A DNA stretch of 64,000 bases from Styela clava (lineage: Eukaryota). Under the pieces are notes generated by a model. That model did no database searches and was not told where the DNA came from. It saw nothing but the letters and a program-made list of their open reading frames with translations. The stretch's first letter is position 1. Each line of letters starts with the position of its first letter. This document shows, one piece after another, positions 39,108 to 53,900 of the stretch. The stretch lies in contig NC_135251.1 of NCBI RefSeq assembly GCF_964204865.1, positions 18,352,001-18,416,000 of the forward strand, in the 5' to 3' direction. A program made the position numbers and the translations under genes.

Positions 39108-41026
39108 GTCTAGAGTCTAGTAGACCGTGGATCGTGGTTAGGAAAACACCGTGTTAATATATATACTCCATGATTATAACAGTGTCATAGATTGCATAGC
39201 GGATATGACACCACTTATGTAAACTAATTAGTGTAACACATTTATGAATGCGCTTGCCATTTGTATCGCATATTAGAACTTCATAATAGATTCTCAATGT
39301 GTTTAGAAATTTTACCTATAACATCGAATTGGATGAACGTATGAAATGAGTCAAATCATATGACTGATGTTAAAATTTTATTAGGCTTCTGTTACACATA
39401 TTGTCTACAAATACATATGGTATTTATTCGACTTTGAATAGGAAATTATTGTTAAACTTATTCTATGAATATGTCAAGTAAGCGCTACCTCGCAACATTC
39501 GGAACAACGATAACATACGTTCAGTTGCTGTTACGCCCGAGTTGCCAGACACAATGGCTAAACGAATCACTTCCTCTGCCCTGCGCGCGGTCAGCTGTGA
39601 GAGGCAAATTTTATTACATTCATTCACCTGTAGTTGCGTACAGATAAAATGCCAGTCACATATACCTAGCATAAATGAGGTGAGTGAAGTGAACGATGAA
39701 ATGAAATGTAGTAGCATTGTAAACATACTTTGCAGTTTACTGTTGGGCGATATTGTTAAAAGTTCGACCAAAGAAGGTATTGGGCTATGTTTGTGGAAGT
39801 TGGAAGTTTGATATTTAAAATATCTCATCGGTATTCAATTCAACCAACTTTTTTTGTAATATTGACACAATATTATAGGCGGAACTTTCACAAATATTTG
39901 ATGCTGTGAAAGCATAATATTTCCATTGTACTCAAACAAATGTAGCGAGACGATTACTTTTAAAGAATGAGACAGAAAGGATAAGTCTAATATTGAATAT
40001 TTAATTGACTAGCCTAGTTCGTAAATATAAATATCACATGAAAAAGTTTCTGCCTGTATCAGTGTTAATCAGTCAGTTTTTGCGTGATTGGACTTCAAAG
40101 GCATGTAATAGAGAGTATTTATCAGTAGGGTACGGTTGGAGGAAAATTCCTACAAGCTATAAATATTGTACTATTCAAATTCATGAAAGTAATACAACTT
40201 GAATACTGCAACACATATACATTTGTTATATTCATAATATAAAATGTAGAAGTTCTGTAATTCCTTGACACCATTGTCGAATTACCAATCTACACCAGGT
40301 AAAGCTTATAGCAAGGGTGTATATCATCGTGTTATAGTTAGCTTGTCGCCGCAGATAAAAGCAAAGTTCTTTTTTTAATGCGTAAGCTTAAAATGGCACA
40401 TGGCGGATGTCCAAAGAATGACTAAGACCTGTGATTTATCTCTTGTTTAAGTACCTCGACACAACGGCCAGTGCATAGATAGATTGCATCAAAGATTAGA
40501 ATGATAGAAACAGACACCATCAATACTATATGCAATGACTTGCAGGATAAACCTTACTGAAAGGCGAGTTCAATCGTTCACCGATATTGTAATCATAATC
40601 GAGAAAATTGCATTGGATTATTTACTCTTTCTGCGCATTCCAGAGATTACCTTTTCCGGAAAACAACAATTATATTGAATTACCCCATTTTTTTCTGTAT
40701 TTCAATCATGTTGGGATTTTCGTTAGAACCACGCCAGGAGTTTGTGAATGCCAATGTTGATCCATCGGAAAATGTTTTTTTCTCAACACCTAAATAATTT
40801 ATTTCACCTAATTCTCAGCCGCCTAAATTGTGAACCATCCATAACAATAGCATAAGATTATTATAAGTGTCCGACACTGTTCTCAAGTATTACAAAATTG
40901 AAAAGAATGACATATTACAAAATATTCGCTTATATGCGTAGCACGCGTATGACTAATCCAAATCTGATATCCGATGCATTGAGTATGTTATTTGTATCAT
41001 TTAGATGTAGAAGTCAACCACGCAAG

Positions 41027-44000
41027 ATGAATATAACCTACTTGATTTTCGTCTTCGTCTTGCCAATATTGGTATTTACAGCAATTGTAGTTGGAATGAC
41101 AATTTCTGAAAGACAGGAGGCGGAAAAACCTGAAATTGTTGTCGCAGAAGGTAAGTGAATGATATAGGATTATATTCGAATGGTGTTTTTATTGAATCTG
41201 CACTTTTGATCAAATTTGTCTAATTTATGGAATGTTAATTGTCCAGGGAAACAGGGTATCATTGTTGGTTTAGCAAGCCCTGAAGCTGGCATATTCCAAG
41301 GTATCCCTTTCAGTCATCCACCGACTGGTCAATTCCGATGGAAGAAACCACAACCATTGACAACATTTTCAAAAGATATATGGAATGCGACATATGTTCG
41401 ACCTGGTTGTCCACAAACATGCACTTACAAAAGCAAGAAATATACGTGTCCAGACGAAGTGAGTTAATAAAATATTTATGTTCTCTGCTCAATGCTGTAA
41501 CTAGGCTATGGTAGACTGATTTGTTTTTCTCAAAATAATATATAGGAATTAAAAAATATTTTTAGAATATATTCAAGATTGTTTTGTTTATTTTGAATTT
41601 CAATATAGTATGTACAGAATAACAAAATAATTTAATCGTCAGTTACACCTAGAAAGTTTTTAAATTGTTTTGTGTTCAACTTTTTTCAGACAAACGAAGA
41701 TTGCCTTTATTTAAACGTTTGGGTGCCGCAAAAAATACTAGAAGTTGTTGCTACGAGTGATCTACATCTTGGGAAACATTATACAATTCCTGACAAATAC
41801 CAGAAAGTTGACGAAGAATCTTTAGCTGTGATGGTCTATTTACACGGTGGAAATTTCATGACTGGTGCTGGATCAGCTAGATTATACGATGGCAGATTTA
41901 TTGCAGATCAAGGGAACGTTATAGTTGTATCCACAAATTTCAGGTTGGTGTGTCATAATTTACAAATAAAATATTGTTGAAATTGCCGAAAAAGTTCTTC
42001 CACAAGCATATTACATTTCTCAAATAATCGCGCGTTTATTTTTCAGTCTTGCAGAAGTCATAAATTCATGGACAACTATTTAAAATAGCAGAAGTCAATT
42101 TCCTTTCATTCTTCAAGTTTACTCTATTGATATTAATCCTGTTTAAAATGTAATCTTCCAGATTGGGGGCGTTGGGATTTTTGGTTCAAGGTGACGGTGA
42201 AGATGCCGCGCTAGGAAACTATGGAATATGGGATCAAATTGCTGCTTTAAAATGGATTCAAGAGAATATCAAGTTCTTTGGTGGAAATCCAAAAAAGGTA
42301 AATCTTTATATTTATCCTCACAACAGACGAGCCTACATTTACCTTCGGCCACCTTTTTCTTATTTTATTTCAAAATTATTTTACTAATTATTTCTTAATA
42401 AAATGGCGTTTTTATTACGAAGAGATCACCTATTTTGAATGAACGAATGATATAGCATGATATAATGAATTTAATTGACAATGTCGAATTTTGAATTTAT
42501 AAATTCTTGACATTATATTATCTCTGTATTTTAAAGAATTAAAATAATAAATCAAAACACAAGGTGTTAATGCCCTTGAATACCACAGATCACATTGTTT
42601 GGGCAAAGTTCTGGAGCCGAATCTGTTGCAGTATTGATGACGTCACCGGACGCAAAAGACTTATTCCATCGAGCAATCATGTCAAGCAATCCGATGTCGG
42701 TTCCATTGCGTGATGTTGCAAACGCCAGGCAATATGGTGCAAAATTTGCTGAAGCACTTGGATGTTTACCAGATAACATGACATGCATTAGATCAGCGTG
42801 AGATGTTTTACTTTATAAAACATGCAATTAACTTACATCTTTTAGCCAATCGATGTACTGATAAATAAGCAAATTACCCGCTCACCAATTGCATAAAATA
42901 ACTGTATATCCAAATGTCAGTGGAAAAAAATGTATACTTAACCAAATCATTTTCGTGCTAAGGTACTTCCTAGTAAAATGCCACATATGTATCATATTAT
43001 ATCAATATTAACTTATTTTTAAAGGGCCATTCGTTGTTGATAGTGGTTTGTGTGTACATTCAATCGCAATGTTCAGACAGTTGCTTGCTCGATTATATAC
43101 TCTGAATAAACTAAAGTGTTTTTTTATAGAGACACAAGCGAGATCATCGAGGCCTCACAAGTACAAGGATGTTCGTTATTCGGAGGTGGTAGAAAACTGT
43201 TAGCTCTTCAACCATGGGGCCCAGTTATTGATGGAAAATTCTTAATGGAATCTCCCCTGGAAGCATTCAAGAATGTAAATTAATATCATAGCTAATGAGT
43301 TGATTTTTGTCTCGGATGATTAGGAGAAGAACATTGCAATCTACAATACGAATAATTACTAATGTTATTGTCAACAAATTTCATATATTTGCAAACATTT
43401 TTAAGAGCGAAACAGAAGTAGAAAAACGTTATAGATGGGAACAGTATTATAATGATGTTAAATTATGTTGGATTTAAAATCTTCAACAAAATATACTTGT
43501 ATACTTGAGTTTTAATTGTAAATTTTAGAAAAGAACGATGAAAATACCAGTAATTATTGGAGGAACAGTGGATGAGGGAATGTTTTTCGTTCCAGAAGTT
43601 TTCAAAACACCAGTTGCAAATTTTATTTATCAATTTACTATTGGAACAGTAATGCCATCTGCTACATCTCAAGTACTCAAGGAGTATCCTGCGGTAAGTA
43701 TAGTCTGATCTTAGTCTCACCAACTTTGCGATTTTAACTTAATAATATATCTTATTCTATTCTGCAATATATACACTTTACGATGTATTTTGGGGTTTGT
43801 ACCCTATCAATAGATATAGATATTGTTGGACACGAAGTGTATCTACGGATCGTTTTTTTGTTATTATGCTGTTGTTAGTATTCTTATTTGTGTTGTTATC
43901 ATTGGTGTGAAAAACGCTTTTCACTTTAAATACTGGACGAAATTCTTTGGCATTTTCAACAGTTAGATTTTGTTGTTATCGCTAGACGGCTATATTTCAA

Positions 44001-45907
44001 AGATTTATATGGGCTCAATGAGAATCGTTTTTCACGTTAAAGTTTTTTTTTTATGACGCAATTAAATTTAAAAAATGTGCTCCGTGTGGCGGTTCCGCGA
44101 TCACATTTGAACAATCTGGTTGTCAAGCCGGGAGTGTTTTACAAATGTACAGATAATGTAAAAAACGTGATACAGGTACTTCTTCGTTTTGAGCATTGTT
44201 ATCTTGTTTTTTATTACGTATCAAATTCATTAAACAATATTACTATTTTACCTTGCAGTGCAGCGAGCAATCATGCGACAACCGGTTTGCAATCGGAAAA
44301 ATAATCACTGATTATGCATTCCTTTGTCCAGAAAGAGCAACACTATTTCATACCAGATATGATTCTTGGTTTTACATATTTAACGAATCACTACCTATTC
44401 ACGTGAGTAAACTTATTCTCAGTGTGCGTTTATGACGTCTTAGGCACATTTGCCGATCGACGCATGACGCGTTTCCGAAATGAATCTTTTTCGACATCTG
44501 ACACGAAAGTAATAGACCCAGGCCGACATATATAAAGAATGAATGCGACCGTATTATGATTCATATACTCATATAAGTCAGCCCTTTACTTAGATACATA
44601 GCAAAATTGGCTCTAACCTAATATATTAAACAAAAAGGTTTATGATTTTCTTTTTCCATTTTTTCGTAGTTTCACATTCTTCATTAAAAACGAATTCTGC
44701 TAATTTTTCTATTTATCATAGAATCCGACCATATTTACTGACTTATTTTTTTTTATTAAACCAGTGGTTCCCAACCTTCTTCGATGATTCCCTCTTTAGC
44801 CTACTTTGGATCTTATTATTTCTTCCTCACTATGCATAAAAATATGTTTTCATTATTTATTCGAGCTTCAAGGATTTATTACTACTGTTCCGCGCAGATC
44901 GCACTCTAGCATTTAAATAATATGAATAGTTCATGACGTGCCCATAAGTATGTATAAATAATGCTAAATAACTAAATAGTCAAACTTATTATTCAATTTT
45001 AGTCAAACGGCTGTATTTCCTTCCCCCCAAAAAACTAATTTCTCTTCAATTGGGAAACGCTGGATTAGGCCCCCATTAATACAGTAGCCACGATTCAATA
45101 AGATTCGAAAGGAATTTTACCCATTTGTTAGCAATATATTTTTTCATCATTCATGTGTCATATTCTGTCTTCTTAATAATATCTTTTGTCAGGAACTCTG
45201 GGAAACCGATTTTTGTTTCGACAGAGTTTGCCATTGCGCGGACCTGCCTTTTATTTTTAACACTGTTGGTCTGTCAGATTACAAATTTGATAATAAGGAA
45301 CAAATGTTAGCAAAAAGGATAGTCTACTTCTGGACAAATTTTGCTAAATATGGCAATCCGAATGGCGAGGTATTTATTTTTTTACAATAATTATATATTA
45401 GTGAATATTTTCAGGGCTTTTTACTTTTTCCATATTGAATGTTATTATAGTTGGAGTTTGAAAACAAAAATAATTATCAGATTCTTGAAATATGGAAAAA
45501 TTTCAATGTGATTCATAAAATTAGCATTGATATATGGTTAATATTAATTACGGGAAATTAGATTAATTGACGTCGTATACAAATATTCATGTATATATGA
45601 TTATGATCCATACCACAACTATCGATAGCGCACAGGTTTATGGCAGAAGTCATATATTGAAGTATTATTCTCAATGAATTCCAAACTTTTACTTTGAAAG
45701 GGAGAATTCCAAAATACCTCTGGGCAACGGGAAGAAGGAACATATGGCGAGTACAGCGCCGCCTACTGGCCACGTTTTACAGAGCAAAGCTTCGGTGCAT
45801 ATTCAGCTATTGAACTCAAATCTGACGGTGATAAGATTCTTTCTGATCCATATCAGAAGACTTGCATGTTCTGGGACGAATTGGATTCTTATGGGACGTT
45901 TAGATGA
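41027..45907 (+). CDS. Type-B carboxylesterase / cholinesterase-family protein (~590 aa). Exons 41027-41150, 41247-41458, 41690-41943, 42162-42297, 42589-42797, 43130-43274, 43529-43693, 44259-44402, 45193-45369, 45701-45907
   Basis: [30 protein letters not shown] and [11 protein letters not shown] motifs. Catalytic triad present: GQSSG (Ser), DEG (Glu), VCHCADL (His). Phases are consistent. Confidence 0.93.
43823..44110 (+). repeat. Intronic copy of the dispersed repeat at 28826
   Basis: ttggacacgaagtg...aaacgcttttc...tactggacgaaattctttggcattttca. Confidence 0.55.
44762..45062. mobile_element. Old hAT MITE in a carboxylesterase intron
   Basis: cagtggttcccaa...ttgggaaacgctg; the TSD is degraded. 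Confidence 0.55.
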
Positions 45908-47941
45908 TCATTTGTTCGTAAGAGCAATTGTAGAATTTGTGTAAGGTCCGACTGACAAGGCTGTCATGTGATGTGCAGTGGTGATAACGGGTAGAAAGTT
46001 GAAATATGAACAAAAGTTTCGAAGTCATTTCCCGCCGGAAAACAAAATGCAAGCTTTGAAATGTGAAAATCGTTCACATTAAAATCAGTTTCGTTTCAAA
46101 TATCTGCAATATAAATCTGCTTTATATTCTGCAAAATAAAAATGTTTTAATATTACATTTATTATTGTATCAAATGCACTATTTTATGTATGTTTGATAA
46201 AACTAAACGAATATATTTTGTATTGTATATTCACAAATGTTTCTCAAATTGTAACGTAAGGTATTGGCTTTTCAATGAGTTATATCACTACAAGATGAGA
46301 TTTCATAATCATTGTTAAGTAGTTGCTACGCTGGGTATCTTTTAGCATAGTGAACAACATAACAAAAGCCATATATTTGAATTGGTTCTGGGAATTGGAA
46401 TCTGGTGCTTTGAGAGTGTTTTATCACATTATTGCGAATCCATGACTGATCGATCAGCCCCGTCAAAACCCACTTAAGACAGAATTTCCTCGAACAAGGA
46501 AATAGAAGGACAGAAATGTTCGAAAGTATGTTCAGGCATTAAGGGAAGGCATTAATACAATTAAAACTATGTTAGATACAAAATACCATATGTCTGGCTA
46601 TTGAATGGACCACTTGATTGTGATATGACACAACCAAATTGACTGTGGAGAATATTATATTTTGATTTGAGTCATCAAACGTGTCGCTCGCCGTGCATTA
46701 GCGTTTAGCTTGGTATCTTTCAGTAGCTTCGAGTAAAAGTGTTGTTAGATTCAGTAGAGTCAAGCTTTTCTTCACCTACTAAAATTGTTTCTTTATTCTT
46801 ACTAGCTTATATATGAATATTTCAATTCAGTTCAGACTTTTATTTGTAAGTTATCAGCTGACCGGATAAAATCTTATATTATTACATGGAAATATGTAAA
46901 ACCGCACGAAAAAGTTACCAAAACAGGTTAAATGTCCGAAAATAATTTTTATATTTCAAGGTAATATTGATAAAGAAATATGTTAAAAACATTATGCGAA
47001 TCGTAACTGTCATTGTAATGAAGGATATAATTTGTGAGTGGGAAGCAGTTTTTACGTTACTTAGTCGTGAATGCCCGGTTTGGAGAACTACAACGCAATA
47101 GGCCCTTTCCTGTACAATATGTAAAGAGGAAGAAACTGACGTATCACTTTCGTCAAATATAATTTATATATTTTCGATTTATATATCAGCTATTACAGAT
47201 CTGTAAAACCGTCAATATTAATTAATTAATTAAGACATCGCTATATCTGAGTTAAATCGGTTTTTATCTCATGGTGTCAGCATTGCGTTTTTTTGAGGCC
47301 TATATAAACAGTTAACTGTTGTGAGATTAACATTATGCTCAGACACACCTCACCGTCGATGTAAAAAAAAGGTAAATAAGATCCATCTAGTTATGAGTTC
47401 GAGTAAAAGCATCTTTAAATTACGTTTAACAATATAATAAAATTTTATGACCAAATCTTGAAAACATGTTTTATTTGTATAATACCAGCTTCAATACCAG
47501 GGTTCCGCCTACGGTTTGAGTTTTTATCTTGAGTTTGTAAGATTAGAAGTGAATCAAATTATCCACGGAAGAGGAAACTAACTCGTAGAAATAACTAGTT
47601 GTTGAAGTCGGCCAATATTACATAGATAGAACTCCATATTTCAAAGACGTGCACTTGCTCACAATCGATCGTCGGGAATCAGTTTCGAGCCTCAACTTTG
47701 ACGCATTTCAGTTTTCACCAATCAAAACAGCTACAATGCACCGAGTGGTATCGAAAACAATACTTTTCATTGTACTATTTCTTGTGGCATTCGGCTATTC
47801 CAATGAATCTGAACGAAGTGAGTAACGTTTTTTTTCCTCCACGATTTCGGACATTCTACAATGACGCATCTTTTCTTATTATTTTAAAAGTGTAACTATT
47901 GCCTTATACGTAACGATATATATTTACCACATGAACTCAAA

Positions 47942-50900
47942 ATGAAAGTCTCTGGCAAAAATGTTGCATATTTATTTTGTTTTAACCACAATTTGAATTT
48001 TTTTTTATTTTAAGTTGAAATTTAGTTTACATTGCCTAACTAAAGGTTGACAATGTCATCTCTGGGCTGTTATTCTTTATTGTACTAAGTATGTCGGATT
48101 GAATTACAAATATTATTGGACCACAATTGGCTACAGAATGGTACCCTTTATCTCGTCAAAATTAATTAAATTACAGATATATATTATAGCAGACCTTTGG
48201 AATATCGGAACTTCTCCCGAAAGTTTTTGATCTTGTTACTCGATTGATTGACTGCAAGCTCACATCCGTTTACTAACAGTGAACTTACCAAATAACAATG
48301 AATGCGTAATGCACTGCCTTATTTCCAGGCTTGTCCATGGGACATATTTTTCTGTCCCATTCCCATCCTATAGCACAGGGGTCACCAACGCGTTGCCCGC
48401 GGGCACCAAGTCGCCCGCGAAGACTATATTAGTCGCCCGCAGGTCTGTTCCAAACTAAGCCTAATAATGGCTCTTATAAGTAAGCTACATCAATTATATT
48501 TTGTCCTGCTATTTAAGTATAAATCACACTTATATGGGAACTAGAAATGACACTATATTAATTATTGTAACCATCAACCTTATTTTTATTTGACCTCAGT
48601 AATGTGACGGGTCAATTAACACTCTTCCAATTATGACATCACACTGAGATCACTTTCCACGAACCCGCGCTTTTTCTTGTCCGTTGGTTAGCGGAGCACT
48701 AATAATACAAATATTGATTCCAAAGCAAACCCCATCATTTTCACGATGAATGGGAGGTGGATATATTTATACCACCATGAAAACAGCCTACGTGTGTCTC
48801 ATTAGTGGGGCGATTTTAGCGACGGCAAAGCGGAGAGATATTTCACATCTTGTCACGTAATCTTCCGCGCTAACTACCCACTGGTCAGCACAGAACGGAC
48901 AGAAAAAGCTCGCGATTCAAATCATACAGCAATCCTATTTTACGAGACCATCGTTTGTTTCAACCTATCCTTTCGAAACAACATTTTTGACATAAATTCA
49001 GGATAGGAGGAGATTTACATATTTATCCCGGGGGAGAAGATAACCGATAAGACGGCTTAACCATATGATAAACCACGGCTTCTCGCCGGTTACCATTCGA
49101 TGTCGGGTATGGAATTAGTTAGTTATTTGTTTCTGGAAGCCTGGACTTGATGGCGAAGGAAGCCTTAACCGACCAGCGGTTACGTGAACCACCCTACGGC
49201 GGCGAGGAGTCCAGCTATCCATTTGCACATAACAATCCCCGCATGGGATTCTAACCTGCGAACCTAACGCTTAACACGATGGGCCATAGCGCTGCGACTC
49301 ACTCCACCGGGAACAAACATGGAACACGCCTCACTGATGAAAATCTGCAAGACTCGCTCAGAGTTACAGTGTCAAGTTACACGTCGGAGTATAATACTCT
49401 ATAACATTGGATAGTACAACTGTTAAGTCCATTTTATCTTAGACGTGTGCAGAGTGTTGAAAATCAATTTAAAAACACTCAGTTTTGAAATACAAGTGTT
49501 ATTGATAGAAATTTATTTGCAACGTTGTGATAATCGTTTGATTTCCTGAAGAATCCTAAAGTTTATTAGTGTCTATACTTCACTAAATACCAGTAATTAT
49601 ATCAATAATTGAAGCTTAATCGAGCAACTGATTTTTCTAGAAGTGAACATTGAACTGGTAGCCCGCAGCTTAATCTGTACCCAGAAAGTAGCCCTCGACT
49701 TCGAAAAAGTTGGTGACCCCTGAGTATAGCAATTATGCCTGTCCCACCCCATCCCATGGGATGCCCATTGGAATAAAATTCAATAACAAATATTAAATTT
49801 AGGATTAGCGTCTACTAAACAGGACTACATGTACGAAGAGACATGCAACACAACAAATTTATCGACTTTGTTAACTTTATATTCATAACGTCAATGCATG
49901 TGTTCATCAACCCCTTCACGAAGTATGTTGTTAAGGCTGAATATATTTTGCTCTTTATAACTAACAAGAGAGCTATGCTCAAATATATGAACACGAAGTC
50001 CATTACGAAAGGTTTGCCATTATTTTCCTGAATATCATACAGTTTTCGTGTCCCACGGGTCCCATGGGAAATACAAATGTGTGCTGTCCCAACCCATGGG
50101 ACGTTTTCCATGGGATTCCCATTGAAATCCTATTCCAATGGACAAGCCCGCTTATTTAAATATAGTTCCAGTAGATTGTGACACTTTATTGGTTGCCGTT
50201 TCGTTTCTCAGGGATCACCTTTTTTTATTCTGAATGAATGAATTATTTTGTTAAAATTGACAAACAGAAGAGTCATTGAACTGTAGGCCGCATTTTCTTG
50301 GATTTCAAACTAGGAAAAAGCCTGAGCATATTCGCCCATAAATAAATCAAACTATCTGAAAATGAACGAAGTTAAGATTTTTCAAGTGGGGAAATTATTT
50401 AAATCTATACTTGATTGAATTGAGTAAATTCTATCACAAGCAGTTCAGTTGAATGTTCGTAATTATCATAAAATTTGACAAATCTATCGGTATTCGAAAT
50501 TGTCTTCCAGAGAGACCTTGCGAATATATTACAATCTATTTTAACTGAAAGTAAATTTTACACCAAATTTCAATATAAAATCAAATATTTATAAAGTTAT
50601 AGTGTAAACCAGCGGACAAGTTCGTATACCAATAGCATGCTGTGTATATAATACGTTATGAATCCCAAGTACGTAGATAACCAACGAAAGAAAGGTCAAC
50701 GACTGGAAAAATGTAGATCATTTTATAACCATATAGTATAGTAGTCTATAATTCTTCATCTTATTACTATTTCCATTTTTCCTAGATTGTACAAGCTAAT
50801 TTCAAGGACGTTCGATTGTTTAACTAAACCGTTATAAAAAAACATTTGCTCAAAGCAAATATTATCACTCAGTTATGAAAGGAATTGAGCATAGTTATGG

Positions 50901-53900
50901 ACGACTACTAAGGTTTCACGAGAGTAAAATGATTGTGGAGTGTGGAGTTAGTTACCCCCTAAGTCAGGGGTCGGGAACCCATGGCTCGCGAGCCATATAT
51001 GGCTCTTTTGGTGACGGCATATGGCTCCCAGAAAAATCTATTATTCTAAGATTAAGCTTACTATTGTTACTAGACTTCAAACTATTTTATGGCCAAATTT
51101 GGCAAAAAATTCCTTATACGTTTGACAACGCGGGCCCAGCGCATGTCTATGTTATGTAAGAGAATTACCAGACAAAACATGGGGATTCTGGAACATATAT
51201 TGTGACATCACAAAGCGATAGAGTTTTAAAATACTACGGAGATGCCTAAACGAAAAAGGGTGATGAGTATCGTAGATTCCAACTTGGGCTGCATGTGAGC
51301 AACCGTTCAAGGCCCGCAACGAAAACATGCAGCATCAGAAGTCACATTAAATGTATATTGACATGGAATGTGTTGACTTTTGAGTAAACCTTTCAGGCCT
51401 GATTAAGTGAAGAAATGTTATATGGCTCGCACGAAAATGCAATTGAAAATATGTATATTTCAGGGCCTCTTGACCAAAAAGGTTCCCGACCCCTGCCCTA
51501 AGTAAATGCCGATTGATCCACGACTCTACATAATTGAAGTTCATGAAAAAAATTTGGTCATAAAACAGATTGTAAACGTATGAAAGCTCTGCTTTTGTGA
51601 CTTTACTGACTCTGTGATCTTTTATTTACAGGCACAATTGGTTGTCATTTTGAAGAGACAGAAATTAAACAAGTTTACGCAGGTTGGCCCGTTGCTATGT
51701 CTTGCTTTCATCTTATTGCCGCCCTTCGTAGGAACATAAATTATGGTCTGAACGGAGTTGGGAATTTAACAGTAAGACGAACTTTTTATTACTGTGCGTA
51801 TTATAAAACATAATCAATTTTTTTCGATATAAAAAAAATGGAATGATTGAATTGTACATCCGTTCAATACCAAGTTTCATTTCTCTCTCGAATGACACTG
51901 CAAGATAATAAAATAATGAAATCGTTATATAAAATATAATTTTAACATTTTTAGTGCTTAATTATCGATCCTGTCACCAACAGAACACTTTGGTCGAAGC
52001 CGATGGATAAATCAAATTATTATGACGGGCCTAAATATTATACTACAGATTTAACGGGCAATTCTCCGACGACATATCAAATCAATATAAAGGTATATTT
52101 GTTGGTATGAAAAAATTCACTTGTTCTATTTAATACAGTGTATCAGGGAATATAAAGGTAGGATATTTTTTATAACACAAACACAAGGTTTTATTGTGAT
52201 GTGACTTTTCCGTGTGCTGTCTCCCAACTTTTGTTTATTCCACCTGTTGTTTCGATTGAGTGATACAATTGCTTTAATTAATTCCGTGGGGCGTAAAAGG
52301 CACAAAGTTGTCCTGCGCCACGTTTTGGCTGGGACCATGAGAGGGGTTGCATTTTGTGTTGGCACTTATGTTTTCATATATGTTAATTTAAAATGTCGCA
52401 ATCGCATTATTACGCAATGGATTTTTCAATCGTTTTCAAAAAGGAAAGTATTTTCGTTGTGTTATAGCAATATATATATTTCCCGTCCACCAAACACGTG
52501 TGTAACCATTTGCACAAATACGGAAGATTCGAAATTTTTAAAGAGTTCATGTAGTGCTTAAACTTATCATATTGGCATCAACGTACTTTTTCCTATTTCT
52601 CAATAAATTCATAAATATGTGCCATAGAAGGTTATAACTTGTTCATGTTTAAGCCTTCCAACGCTACATGTTATTATTCTGTGATGAAATTAAATGTAAC
52701 AAAGCAACCAGAGGAAACATGCGCCGACAATCAGAAAAAATATCCCATTGTGCCAACAGAAGGAAGGAAAGGCCAAATAAAATCAATGGAATGTACAAGT
52801 AAATATTTAATCACGACTGATTAATATGTGCTAATATGCTGATGTAGCCTACAACTTTTTACAGTTTTTGATACACATAAATTCCAGTTAACATAGCATT
52901 TTCTTTTCTCCTGTGTAATCAATTTAATTATAAATTAAAACAAGATTGGCATTGTTAAATCAAGTGTGCTAAGTGGAACTTTTGTTTTCTGCAGAATGTG
53001 TTGTTGTTTTCCCCAAACTTCCTTCCTTGCTCGCTTCATAATATGAGTACTTGTAATATATATCCAGGATAATAATTTTGAATCAGAAAGGAAGATCAAC
53101 CTAAAATACTGAAAAAATTATTTTACAGTCTGAACAGGTTTTAAAGCAATAACAAAAAAATGAATATTCCATTTGTAAAGTTGTATACTGAAATTGACAT
53201 ATTCCACTTCACAGCACCGCTTGAAATTGAGCCTCAACTTGATTTAACTAAAGAAATGCACGATTACAACGTTACATGGTATTTAAACTGCACTGAACTT
53301 CATCCAAAAAGGCGCCCGGATGTATACCATATGATGGGATCGAAAGTATGTGTTATTGATTGATTATCTATTCCTTCTTTTGCCTGATTTGTAATATAAA
53401 CAGTAATAATATTGGCCATTTTCATATTATTCAGCTCACTATATCGTCGTTGGACTTCAGCATAGTTGGAATATATTCTTGTAAAATAACATACAATGGA
53501 CATACGAGGCACCCGATAGCATTTAGTCTATGTGCTAAACGTATGTAATTGATTATTTTGATTTATACCACATATACGAACATTGAAATATACATCACAA
53601 AAATATGCCCATCTGAAATAACAAATTATTTTAATTTGCTATTTTGCCAAATATTTATCTGGGACCAAATGCGTGACACGACAAGTTTACATTTCAATGC
53701 TTTAGGGAAGATTGGCTTCGATTATCAATAAAACAACATAAAATAACATGATGAAGCGGGTATTTAAAGACGCGATAGCTGCTCTGGCGATAAAAACGCA
53801 GAACCTTTGTTGCAAATGATGTTACATAATGTCATCACCAAATTCTGAATCATTCATAGTTTTTATCATCTTTGAGATTGGATTCGTCTCCGGATCCCTC

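Larger units (their letters stand above)
48326..50150. mobile_element. MITE with 8-bp TSD hosting nested insertions
   Basis: TIRs caggcttgtccat / atggacaagcccg, TSD cttatttc/cttattta, internal tcccatggga repeats. Confidence 0.85.

Noticed and set aside
39463-39828. Overlapping ORFs on both strands
   Set aside because: No domain signature; probably chance ORFs or TE debris.
49225-49296. tRNA gene
   Set aside because: The boxes are degenerate, there is no cloverleaf, and it continues into a SINE-like body.
50786-50825. Extra exon of the IL-1R-like gene after ttttcctag
   Set aside because: It has a stop in the required phase and no good donor site.
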